Source: a virus (lineage: Duplodnaviria > Caudoviricetes). Taken from it: a DNA stretch of 64,000 nucleotides. Made by a program: the position numbers and the translations under genes. Under the pieces are notes generated by a model that worked only from the letters and a program-made list of their open reading frames with translations, was not told where the DNA came from and ran no database searches. Below, one piece after another: positions 44,563 through 53,359 of the stretch; positions within the stretch are counted from its first letter, which is position 1, and each line of letters starts with the position of its first letter. Location of the stretch: positions 1 through 64,000 of the IMG/VR virus record IMGVR_UViG_3300037419_001469. One strand, 5' to 3'.

Positions 44563-45411
44563 TTACTTGCCGCGCTTGCCTTGCGGCGCGCTGCCTGCCG
44601 CTTCCAACTCTGCGACGCGCGCCGCCGCCGCATCGCGCGCCGCTTCCGCCGCCGCGAGATCGGCGCGCACAGCGGCCAGTTCTTCGCGCAACGTCAGCAC
44701 AAGCGCCGCGTTCGCTTCGGCGGTTTCCAGCGCCCTTTTTTGCGCCGCCGCTTCATTGCGCGCCGCTTCTATGCGCCGCGATTGCTCATTGGCCGCGCCT
44801 TCCGCCGCCGCCTTTGCCGCCGCGATGCCGCCGCCGCTGAGGAGGGCGTCGCCTGCCGCCGCCCTTGCCGCTTCGAGCACTTCCGGCGCATCGAAACCGG
44901 AGGAACAGACGGTCTGCACGATGGCGGCAACGTCGCGCTGCACCTGCTCTGCCATGCGCGTTTTTTCTTCCGCCTCCGCCGCTTCCGCCGCCTTTTTATC
45001 CTGCGCCGCGATGCGAGAACGGGCGACGGCAATCGCGTTATACGCGGCGGTTTTGTCGGCATTCGTTGCCAGCGAGCCTTCCCTTGTCCCAAGGAAAGCG
45101 CCATGCCAGTCTGTCGGGGCGATGCCGCCATCGCCGCGCATCAAGGCTTGCATCATGGCAAGGCGCGACACGGAACGCGGCACCTCGAACAGTTCGCACA
45201 GCGTGATAGCGTCGCGCAGCGCGCCGTTTTCATCGCGGCAATTTTGTTCGACTGCCGCAGAGATGGTTTTCTTTGCGGCATCGACGGTTTTTTTCGCGCC
45301 GTCAAGAATCGGTGCCGTGTCGCACAGTGCCTGCACAGCAGAGACGATTTGCTGATGCGTGACGGCAAGTGCTTTGTTGCTTTCCAGCGAGACGATATTT
45401 GCGGTTTTCAT
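44563..45411 (-). CDS. Ala-rich coiled-coil protein, first gene of the leftward arm
   Basis: 282 aa ORF, AGGAG RBS, terminator downstream, atypical GCG/GCA/AAA codons. Confidence 0.7.
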   Translation of the reverse strand: MKTANIVSLESNKALAVTHQQIVSAVQALCDTAPILDGAKKTVDAAKKTISAAVEQNCRDENGALRDAITLCELFEVPRSVSRLAMMQALMRGDGGIAPTDWHGAFLGTREGSLATNADKTAAYNAIAVARSRIAAQDKKAAEAAEAEEKTRMAEQVQRDVAAIVQTVCSSGFDAPEVLEAARAAAGDALLSGGGIAAAKAAAEGAANEQSRRIEAARNEAAAQKRALETAEANAALVLTLREELAAVRADLAAAEAARDAAAARVAELEAAGSAPQGKRGK

Positions 45412-46637
45412 GACTAGCTCCTATGGATGAAGGTTAAGGCGCACAGCGCGCCGCTGCCTGCCGCGCCGCCCATTTACTGTAAAGGGCCGGCGCTTACTGC
45501 CGAGAAACTTACTACACTGCAACTACATCAAACCATCTACTACAGTGCCAAGCATAGGCCATCAAGGAATAGAACGCAAGGTTTATCGAAAGACGACATG
45601 CCTAGTATGTATGACAGAGATCAAATGCACAGCATGTGCCGCCATGCCGTGCGCCATGTAGGAGGCGGCATGTAGCGCCGCCATATATAAGGCAGCATGC
45701 GCCGCCGCCATGCCAGCGCCGCAAGGAAGATTGTTAATAGAATGTGTCAGAATAGATGCCCACAGGCAGCAACAATGTTAACTAAATGTGTCATAAAAGA
45801 TGCACACAGGCAAAGAAAAGACACAAAAGACAGGCAAAAGTTAACAATGTTGCCTATAAAGAATGCCCATAGGAGGCGCAAGGAAGGCGCATAGGCGGCG
45901 CGGCGCGCTGTGCATGCCGACATATTGCCGCCTGCCCGATCGTTCAACAGGGACGTTTTCCTGTATGTATATACAGGTGAAATTGCACTCAAGAATCGAA
46001 AAGACAGTCTGTAAATCAATGCTTATCAGACAGTTTAGCCACCCCGCCATTGTCCACCGGCAACTAATGAGCCATCTAAGTTGTTGCCGCAAAGACAATA
46101 GCCAGCGCCGCTGACCTTGCCCAGGAGCAATGTCATGCCTATAGGCAATGGCAGCGGCAGGGATGCTGCCAGCGCCGCCGCCACTGCCGCCGCCGCCACT
46201 GCCAGCGCCGACGCCGAGCACATTGCCAGGTGGAAACCTCGAGGCCGGATGGCAGCGGCAGCGTATAGCGGCGGCGGCAGTGCCGACAGCGGCGGCAGCG
46301 CCAGAGACAGCGGCGGCGGCAGTGGCGGCGCGCATGCCGGGGAGGATGGCGGCGGCGGGGACGATGGCAGGGTGACGCCCTAGACTTTGCCGATGGGACT
46401 AACGGCGGCGCGCCCCAGGCCCCTCAAAAATTTTTTGAAAAATTTCCGGCAATAAATTGACATTGATTAGAAACAAGACCATGCTCGGCCTCTGAGACAT
46501 GCCCGGAGGCAAGAATGTGGCACCCAACCCTCGCTCTGTTGTTGCTCTGGATGGCGCCTCTGCTACTGCAGGCGTCCGTACCGCCCTGGCCTGTCTTTTA
46601 CTGGCCATCGCCCTAATTCCCGCCAACGCCGTCGACC

Positions 46638-46910
46638 ATGCGCGACCTCACCCCCGCCCTCATCCATATCACCATCAGCGCGGCCATCGCCATTGCCTGC
46701 TATGCCGCCCTTGCCTGGCACGAGCGCCGCTACAAACGGCGGCTTTCACTGGCGGACCTGATCTTCCGGCGCAAGGTCGAGGACTATGCGCGCTTGCGAG
46801 CCTGGTCACGCGAAATGGAGCGGAAGGAGGCCGCCGCCAGAGGCCAATGGTCCAAGACCATCCGCCCGCTGCCGCCACCCAAGCCGACGCCGCGCGGCGC
46901 GAGGTACTAA
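46638..46910 (+). CDS. small membrane protein
   Basis: N-terminal hydrophobic helix, basic/Pro-rich tail; first clear plus-strand ORF. Confidence 0.5.
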   Translation: MRDLTPALIHITISAAIAIACYAALAWHERRYKRRLSLADLIFRRKVEDYARLRAWSREMERKEAAARGQWSKTIRPLPPPKPTPRGARY

Positions 46911-46914
46911 CGCC

Positions 46915-47022
46915 ATGAGCCGTTTCGACAGCTTCGACCTGCTGGAGTGGCTGATCGCCTGCCTGTGCTGGCTCGCCTGGGCCGCCTATGCCTCCGACCT
47001 TGACCGGGACAACGACCAATGA
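46915..47022 (+). CDS. 35-aa membrane peptide
   Basis: GAGG RBS; MSRFDSFDLLEWLIACLCWLAW. Confidence 0.45.
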   Translation: MSRFDSFDLLEWLIACLCWLAWAAYASDLDRDNDQ

Positions 47023-47666
47023 ACTTCGCCCCCTACTTCGACGCATTCGATGCCAGCGACTGGCTGCCGACGCTGGCCCTAGCCATCATCCTGGTCATCT
47101 TCGTCATTACGATCCTGCGCGACGACAGCTGGTTCATGGACCTGCTGAGAGCGGACATGTGCCGGGAGATGCCGCCGCGCCCGCCTCTGCCGCCGCCGCA
47201 AGTACAGATGAGCCCCATCGGCATGATCACGCGCTGCGATCCGCCACCGCCCGAACCGCCGCGACCGGGCATGATCCTCACAAGGGTCAAAGGCAGGGAA
47301 ACCTGGATCCCCGCACCTCCGCCAATACCGCCCGCGCGCACCGTCAAGGGCGATCGCCTCCCGGACGACCTGCAGCAACGGCCACAGCGCCGATGCGCGC
47401 CGCCCGCGCAGCGCGGCGACACCGTCATGGTCAAGGGCATGCGCTCGAACGGGCTGGACACGCACCCGGCGGTCATCACGCGGCTGTTCACGCCGGACCA
47501 GGCGAACGTGACGCTGCTGCCGGATGGCGCCCTACCCTTGCCAATGCAGTCGGTGCGGCTGTTTCCAAGCCAGGCGGAGGCGGAGGCGTACCTGCAAAGC
47601 CTCAATGGCGCCTCCGACATCGTCGCCTGGCAGCGCTCCAACACCGACACCGACAGCCTGAAGTGA
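47019..47666 (+). CDS. membrane-anchored Pro-rich hypothetical protein
   Basis: TM segment, poly-Pro linkers, C-terminal P.VG-like...PAVIT...NV.LLPDG module. Confidence 0.6.
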   Translation: MNFAPYFDAFDASDWLPTLALAIILVIFVITILRDDSWFMDLLRADMCREMPPRPPLPPPQVQMSPIGMITRCDPPPPEPPRPGMILTRVKGRETWIPAPPPIPPARTVKGDRLPDDLQQRPQRRCAPPAQRGDTVMVKGMRSNGLDTHPAVITRLFTPDQANVTLLPDGALPLPMQSVRLFPSQAEAEAYLQSLNGASDIVAWQRSNTDTDSLK

Positions 47667-47974
47667 TGGAAAACGACGATTCCGTAAAGCAATATGCCAA
47701 CCGCAAGGCCCGAACGGAGGCGAAACGGCAACTGGCAGCGCAATACAACGTGTCCATTCGCACAATTAACAGGCAGAAACTATGTGACAAGCCATTGAAA
47801 AGCGTGGAAATTCGTGCAAAACGAACGGAAATTCATGCAAAACACAGAGAAAAGTGTGAAAAAATGGCGTCTCTTGTCGTAAATCGCAAGGTTTCCGCGC
47901 AAGAAGGGGCGATACAGTGTGGCATCAGCTTGCGCCAAATGTATCGGTATGTCGCGCTGCAAAAAGGAAAATAA
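47666..47974 (+). CDS. small basic protein with two HTH motifs
   Basis: RQLAAQYNVSIRTINR and QEGAIQCGISLRQMYRY; start overlaps upstream stop. Confidence 0.65.
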   Translation: MENDDSVKQYANRKARTEAKRQLAAQYNVSIRTINRQKLCDKPLKSVEIRAKRTEIHAKHREKCEKMASLVVNRKVSAQEGAIQCGISLRQMYRYVALQKGK

Positions 47975-48030
47975 GTCGAAAATGCAACGTAGTACGGCAA
48001 GGTAATTTGCACAGGAATAGACGAAAACGC

Positions 48031-48039
48031 TGCTACAAT
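48031..48039 (+). promoter_or_regulatory. extended -10 promoter
   Basis: TGc-TACAAT ~70 nt upstream of 48109. Confidence 0.45.
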
Positions 48040-48108
48040 CCGCGACTTTTGCCTATCGCAGCCCCTGCCAGTACAAGAAACGGCGCGAAACGACTTTAAG
48101 GATGAGAC

Positions 48109-48456
48109 ATGTTGACTGATTCAACGATGAAAGCCGAGGGCTACCTGATCGAGACGATGGGCGGAGGCAGAGACCTGAGATTCAACGCGCCTCTGAATGA
48201 CCCAACGATCCTCGCGGTGACGCCGCTGTACAAGCGCGTGCCGCGCCGCGGCTTTTCCGATGCCCGGATACTCGAAATCGCTGGCGCGCAGGCCGCGCCG
48301 GCGCCGTTCCAGGCTTACATCCTGCGCGCGATGCGCAACATGATGCACGAGCTGCAGAGGTCGGAGACGGATGAGAGGCAATACCCGCCCGCCGTGCTGC
48401 CCGACCTGTCTCCGCCGAGCGTCCCACTCAGTGCGACCCAGGACGCCACCGAATGA
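48109..48456 (+). CDS. hypothetical protein
   Basis: AAGGA RBS; overlaps next ORF. Confidence 0.55.
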   Translation: MLTDSTMKAEGYLIETMGGGRDLRFNAPLNDPTILAVTPLYKRVPRRGFSDARILEIAGAQAAPAPFQAYILRAMRNMMHELQRSETDERQYPPAVLPDLSPPSVPLSATQDATE

Positions 48457-48893
48457 AAACCCCTCCCCGCATGTTCTCCGACGAGGTCAAGCCGCTTGAC
48501 TACGTGCCTCCGGCTGGAGCCGAAGCCCCGAAGATCGACCTCTCGCTATACAGCCCGTCCGAGCTGCTGACGCTGCGCAGCCGCATCGATTCCCTGCTGC
48601 CGCCGCTGTCCCTGGGTGGCCTGAACCTGGCCGACGAGCTCGCGGTGCAGTACCAGACGGTCAAGGCGATGCAGGCTGACACGATCGCCGGAGACGAGGA
48701 TTCCTCAAAGAAGGCAGCCGCTGTCAACGCCTGCCTCTCCGCCCTCGGCGCCATCATCCGCATGCAGAACGACTTGCACAACAGCGAGCGCTTCAAGGCG
48801 CTCGAAACCCTGATGATCCGCTACATGAAGCGATTGCCGAAAGACGTCGTCGACCGCTTCATGGAGGATTACGCCAACCTGATCGAAGGCTGA
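48453..48893 (+). CDS. helical protein, possible terminase small subunit
   Basis: size and position upstream of TerL only; no diagnostic motif. Confidence 0.35.
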   Translation: MKTPPRMFSDEVKPLDYVPPAGAEAPKIDLSLYSPSELLTLRSRIDSLLPPLSLGGLNLADELAVQYQTVKAMQADTIAGDEDSSKKAAAVNACLSALGAIIRMQNDLHNSERFKALETLMIRYMKRLPKDVVDRFMEDYANLIEG

Positions 48894-48895
48894 AA

Positions 48896-49087
48896 ATGAA
48901 GAAAGACACCCAGGAATTCACCGACTACATGCTCATCTGCGGCATCGTCTCGCAGCTGGAGCCGGCCGAGCAGGGCGCGGTCAACGAGCTGGCACTGCAG
49001 ATCGAGCAGATCGTCAAAGCCAATGGCGAGCGCGGCACCGTCGCCCTCGCGCTGGCCGGCGCGAAGATCCAGGCGGAGCAGGCATGA
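48896..49087 (+). CDS. small helical protein, paralog 1 of 4
   Basis: shared G..G..AL.LA motif. Confidence 0.65.
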   Translation: MKKDTQEFTDYMLICGIVSQLEPAEQGAVNELALQIEQIVKANGERGTVALALAGAKIQAEQA

Positions 49088-49293
49088 GCGCGACCAAGTC
49101 CAAGACCCCGCAGCGCACCGAATACGAGCGCATGATGGCAAGCCTGTTGCGCGTGTCCAGCGACGACCAGGCCGAGGTGCATGAGGTTACCCGGATCATT
49201 GCCGGCGTCGTCGAATCCCACGGCATCTTTGGCCGGATGGCCCTGACCCTTGCCTTCGCCAAACTGGCCGCCATCGAATCCGAGCATGGCTGA
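49084..49293 (+). CDS. small helical protein, paralog 2 of 4
   Basis: shared motif; ATGA overlap. Confidence 0.65.
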   Translation: MSATKSKTPQRTEYERMMASLLRVSSDDQAEVHEVTRIIAGVVESHGIFGRMALTLAFAKLAAIESEHG

Positions 49294-49468
49294 CGCGCGC
49301 ACCGAAGCCCTCATCATCGTCAACCAGATGGACCCGGCATCGCAGCGGGTCATCGCCATTCTCCAACAGTCCTTTATTGCCCTGGTGCAAAGTCACGGGG
49401 ACCTCGGTATGATCGCCCTGTCTCTGGCCGCAGATGATCTCCAACACCGAGAGGGCAATCATGGATAA
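49286..49468 (+). CDS. small helical protein, paralog 3 of 4
   Basis: start MADART; shared motif. Confidence 0.6.
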   Translation: MADARTEALIIVNQMDPASQRVIAILQQSFIALVQSHGDLGMIALSLAADDLQHREGNHG

Positions 49469-49709
49469 CGCCATCAAGCGCGAATGCACGGACCCGCTGG
49501 TGCATGACGGCTATTACGAGGTCTCGCCGGAGGCGGCTGCGCTGAAGAAGGTCAACGAGGAATTCGACGCCCTCGAACACGAGGCGCAGCGGGAAGTCCA
49601 CGAAATTTACGAGACCCTGATCGCCGTGGTGGAAGACCGCGGCGAAGCGGGCGTGTTGGCGCTGGCCCTGCTGTGCGCCGAAATCGATGCCGGAGTCAGA
49701 AGAACATGA
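49461..49709 (+). CDS. small helical protein, paralog 4 of 4
   Basis: GAGGG RBS before MDNAIK; shared motif. Confidence 0.65.
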   Translation: MDNAIKRECTDPLVHDGYYEVSPEAAALKKVNEEFDALEHEAQREVHEIYETLIAVVEDRGEAGVLALALLCAEIDAGVRRT

Positions 49710-49990
49710 GCTTCATCAGGGAGAGTTGTCAGATCATCAGAGACGTCGCCGTCTCGCCATTCCGCAGCGAGGTCGGAGGCGATGCCTGGGAGGGCGTCAA
49801 GGCGCAGGGCTATTTCCTGTTCGTGGCAGCCCTGTCGCTGCTGGTACTTGCCCTATTCCCGATCAGCATCCCGGGCCTGGTATGGCTGCAGCGCGCCAGC
49901 GAGCGGCGCTACGCCGCGCAGCGCGCCGCCATCGCCGCGCGCCACGCCGCATTCCGGGAAGACGTGGTGAGCCGTTACGGCCTGGAGTGA
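49706..49990 (+). CDS. membrane protein
   Basis: hydrophobic segment; GGAG RBS. Confidence 0.55.
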   Translation: MSFIRESCQIIRDVAVSPFRSEVGGDAWEGVKAQGYFLFVAALSLLVLALFPISIPGLVWLQRASERRYAAQRAAIAARHAAFREDVVSRYGLE

Positions 49991-49995
49991 GGTCG

Positions 49996-51732
49996 ATGAC
50001 GGAGGCCACACTTAGTGGGACCGTAGAGGTCATCCACCGCAACCCGATGCTCAATGACCCGGTGTTCCAGCGGCATGTGGCACGCCTGCGCAGCTCGCTG
50101 TCGGCGCATTCACGCGACACGATCTGTCAATTCATTACCGAAAACACATTCCTGCGCAGCGCGCCGTTTTCTTTCAAGGACCACGAATACCAGCAATTCA
50201 TCCTGGAAGATAAATCCGCGGAAAAGGTCATCATCAAAAGCGCGCAAATGGGCATTTCCGAAATGTCCGCGCGCATGGCCCTGGCAATGGGTAATTTGAT
50301 CGACGGCTTTTCCACGATTTACACGCTGCCTTCGGCACTTGCTGCAGCGAATTTCATGAAAACCCGGATCGATCCGGTGATCGATTCGTCGCCGTATTTG
50401 TCGGAGGCCGTTTCCAAGGAAATCGACAATACGCTGATCAAGAAATTCGGGGAATCCTATTTGTACCTGAAAGGGGCGCAAGTCGATTCCCAGGCGATTT
50501 CGGTGCCGGCCGATATGCTCATTGGCGACGAGGTCGATAATTCGAACCAGGACGTATTGACGCTATTCGAATCCCGCTTGATCCATTCGCCCTATGCGTA
50601 CAAGGTTTATTTGTCCACGCCCTCGGTGCCGGGATATGGTATCGACGCGCGCTATAAACAATCGCGCCGCCATGTCCACATGTGCAAGTGTGTGCATTGC
50701 AATCACTGGTTTGAGCCTGATTATTTTCGGGACGTTAAAATTCCGAAGTTCAAAGGCGAGATTGGCGACATCGTCAAGGCCACTTTCAGCGACCCCGTCT
50801 TCCTCTGGCAGCAAGCCTATGTCGCCTGCCCGGGCTGCGGCAAACCTGCGGATTTGTCGGAACCGAACCGCACCTGGGTCTGCGAAAACCCGAATGATGC
50901 TTATGTCGCAGCCGGATTCCGCGTGTCGCCATTTTCCTGCCCGAATATCATTAAAGCGTCGGCGCTCGTAAAGGCGTCGGTCGACTATGCGCGCGTGCAG
51001 GATTTCCATAACCAGCGCCTGGGCATGCCGCTCGAAGACAAGGAATCGACGCTGACGGCCGAGGAATTGCGCAATTGCCTGGTCTCCGATTTCGGCGCGA
51101 CCGGGGCGTTTTCGTATGTCATGGGCCTGGATATGGGCAATGTCTGCCATTGCACGATCCTCGCCTGTTTGCCCGACAATCAATACGTCGTGGTTCACCG
51201 CGAGAGAATCCCGCTATTCCAGGTATTCGAGCGCCGGCAGGAATTGTCGCGACAATGGCGAATCCGCATTTGCGTCGTCGACCACGGCCCGTATACCGAA
51301 ACGGTCTATCGCATGCAGCAATACGACCGCAGCGTATTTGCCGGCGTGTATGTGCGCACCAAGGGCATCGACCTGTATCGAATCAAAGACCAGGAAGAAG
51401 ACAAGGAAAAGGGCAAGCAGGAATTGCGGCAGGCGAATATCGCGCGCGACAAGGTGTTCGACCTGATCATGCTGATGCTGCGCGCCGGGCAATTCAAGGT
51501 CGTCGCTGGCTCGGAGGATGACCTTTGGATCCAACAGATGACCTCGCAAAAACGGGTGCGCGAGTTCGTCAACGACGAGCTGGTATTCGTGTGGGCGAAG
51601 ACCGATGGCAATGACCATTACCACCACAGCATGCTGTATGCCTACATCGCCAGCCAGATCCTCGGCGTGGCCGGTAACACCCTTGCGCTGCCGTCGCTGA
51701 TCAGCAAATTCAAGGTTACGGCAGGGCAATAG
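49996..51732 (+). CDS. terL: terminase large subunit, lambda gpA-like
   Basis: KSAQMGISE Walker A, LIGDEVD Walker B, LSTP, CxxC/CxxC zinc module, GLDMG nuclease motif. Confidence 0.9.
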   Translation: MTEATLSGTVEVIHRNPMLNDPVFQRHVARLRSSLSAHSRDTICQFITENTFLRSAPFSFKDHEYQQFILEDKSAEKVIIKSAQMGISEMSARMALAMGNLIDGFSTIYTLPSALAAANFMKTRIDPVIDSSPYLSEAVSKEIDNTLIKKFGESYLYLKGAQVDSQAISVPADMLIGDEVDNSNQDVLTLFESRLIHSPYAYKVYLSTPSVPGYGIDARYKQSRRHVHMCKCVHCNHWFEPDYFRDVKIPKFKGEIGDIVKATFSDPVFLWQQAYVACPGCGKPADLSEPNRTWVCENPNDAYVAAGFRVSPFSCPNIIKASALVKASVDYARVQDFHNQRLGMPLEDKESTLTAEELRNCLVSDFGATGAFSYVMGLDMGNVCHCTILACLPDNQYVVVHRERIPLFQVFERRQELSRQWRIRICVVDHGPYTETVYRMQQYDRSVFAGVYVRTKGIDLYRIKDQEEDKEKGKQELRQANIARDKVFDLIMLMLRAGQFKVVAGSEDDLWIQQMTSQKRVREFVNDELVFVWAKTDGNDHYHHSMLYAYIASQILGVAGNTLALPSLISKFKVTAGQ

Positions 51733-51771
51733 TGATAGCATGGCGAAAATTCCGTACAGGAAACTTTCGCC

Positions 51772-53289
51772 ATGATCAAGAGCTTGCTGTCCTCCTGGGG
51801 CATCTCCGCCGCCACCGCCATCCCGACTGACCCTGCGCCGAAGGTGCGCAGCAAGCGTCAGGCGCTGCCCTCTTACCTGCTGACGGCCAAGCCGCCGCAG
51901 ACGCCGATGCCGGTGACGGACCGGCAGCTGGCGAACACGGACACCGTGCCGACCTTTGCCGGCGCCGGCAGCACGAGCAAGACGCTGCGGGCGATGGGCT
52001 ACATGTCGCCCGAGTTCTCCTCGGCCATCTTCTCGTACCTGCGCGTGGGCATCCCGAACGGCTATGTCGCTGTCGCGAAAAATCCGGACGGCAGTTTTAA
52101 CCCGGAGGCGACCCAGGCGCTGCAGCAGATCATCGCGCGCTTCGATGTGCTGCCGGATTACACGCAGGGGTTCAATGGCGTGGCCTCCTTGCGCAGCCTG
52201 TCGGAATCGCTGGCCAAGGACTTGCTGTACGAGGGCGCGATGTGCGGAGAGCTCGTGCTGGACAAGAGCTACCTGCCCTCGCGCATCCAGCCGATCTCCG
52301 TGTACAACATGCGGCAGCAGCCAGACAAGGATGGCTACCTGGTGCCGGTGCAGTACATCGGCGGCTCGCACACGGTGCTCGATGCGCCGACGATTTTCTA
52401 TGTCGCGCTGGACCAGGCGCTGATCGATGCGTACCCGTCCTCGCCAATGGAATCCGCGATCAAGGCGGTCCAGTTCTCGGAGAATTTCGTCAACGACGTG
52501 CAGCGCGTGATGAAGCGCGCCGTCCACCCGCGGCTGACGGTGACCCTGGACGAGGACAAGTTCCGCAAGTCCGTGCCGCAGGACATCGTCAACGACCCGG
52601 TGAAGCTGATCGCGTACCAGAACGAGGTCGTCGCCAATATCCAGGCAATGATCAACGGCCTGCAGCCGGAGGATGCGCTGGTGTATTTCGACATGCTCGG
52701 CATCCAGCTGATGAACAACGGCAACCAGTCGCTGTCGCACGAATACACGTTCATCCAGGACATGGCCAACGCGAAGATGGCCTCTGGCGCGAAAACCATG
52801 CCGGCCGTGCTCGGCATGGGCAGCGGCAGCCAGAACGTCGCTTCCACCGAGACGATGCTGTTCGCGAAAGCGGTCAGCGGCGCGATCACGAAGAAGCTCG
52901 ACGAATTCTATTCCCGGATTTTCACGCTGGCCGTGCGCCTGCTCGGCTACGACGTGGTGGCCGAGTTCACCTATGACCCGATCGACCTGCGCCCGGAGTC
53001 GGAGCTGGAGTCGTTCCGCTCGGTCAAGCAGGCCCGCATCCTCGAGCTGCTGTCGCTCGGCTTGCTCACCGACGAGGAAGCGAGCCTGCAGCTGACCGGG
53101 AGATTACCGCCGAAAGGCTACGTCCCACTAAGTGGGACCCAATTCAAGAGCGCGGGGCCGGCAGAGGCGACCGATCCCACCTCCAACGCCGGCAGCGCCG
53201 CCAACAAGGCGATAAAAGCCGACAGCGCGGGCGTAAAAGGTCAGAACAAGAAGGCGAATCCGCAACAGGCGGCGCCGACCAAGCATTGA
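51772..53289 (+). CDS. portal protein
   Basis: 505 aa, position between TerL and protease. Confidence 0.75.
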   Translation: MIKSLLSSWGISAATAIPTDPAPKVRSKRQALPSYLLTAKPPQTPMPVTDRQLANTDTVPTFAGAGSTSKTLRAMGYMSPEFSSAIFSYLRVGIPNGYVAVAKNPDGSFNPEATQALQQIIARFDVLPDYTQGFNGVASLRSLSESLAKDLLYEGAMCGELVLDKSYLPSRIQPISVYNMRQQPDKDGYLVPVQYIGGSHTVLDAPTIFYVALDQALIDAYPSSPMESAIKAVQFSENFVNDVQRVMKRAVHPRLTVTLDEDKFRKSVPQDIVNDPVKLIAYQNEVVANIQAMINGLQPEDALVYFDMLGIQLMNNGNQSLSHEYTFIQDMANAKMASGAKTMPAVLGMGSGSQNVASTETMLFAKAVSGAITKKLDEFYSRIFTLAVRLLGYDVVAEFTYDPIDLRPESELESFRSVKQARILELLSLGLLTDEEASLQLTGRLPPKGYVPLSGTQFKSAGPAEATDPTSNAGSAANKAIKADSAGVKGQNKKANPQQAAPTKH

Positions 53290-53296
53290 GAATTTC

Positions 53297-53326
53297 CTGA
53301 CACACATAATTCCTCCATGCAATAAT
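53297..53326 (+). promoter_or_regulatory. sigma70-like promoter for head genes
   Basis: CTGACA-18 nt-AATAAT with TG extension. Confidence 0.5.
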
Positions 53327-53359
53327 GCCGGAAATTTCAGAGGTCACTCAGAGGTCACT

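Larger units (their letters stand above)
25344..45483. repeat. 13 dispersed copies of palindrome CATTTACNGTAAA(TG)
   Basis: TTTACNGTAAA cores at 25344, 27570, 30415, 33434, 35543, 38873, 39784, 41744, 42770, 43905, 44101, 44278, 45473. Confidence 0.95.

Noticed and set aside
25344-45483. CRISPR array or integron attC cassette array
   Set aside because: The elements are only 11-17 bp, irregularly spaced by whole genes, lack GTTRRRY cores, and no cas or integron integrase gene is present
45841-46383. Ala/Gly/Pro-rich ORFs in the divergent region
   Set aside because: Products of GCC/GGC low-complexity repeats on both strands, with no RBS support
46638-47666. Lysis cassette (holin/spanin) among the membrane ORFs
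   Set aside because: No endolysin motif nearby and no lipobox seen; lysis genes are probably outside the window
49687-49995. N-terminal extension of TerL given by the ORF track
   Set aside because: It overlaps the real 49706-49990 ORF; GAGG plus ATG at 49996 is the better start
53337-53358. 11-nt direct repeat TCAGAGGTCAC x2 before the protease start
   Set aside because: Only two copies, most simply a duplicated RBS region; its junction only weakly resembles CACTNAGTG
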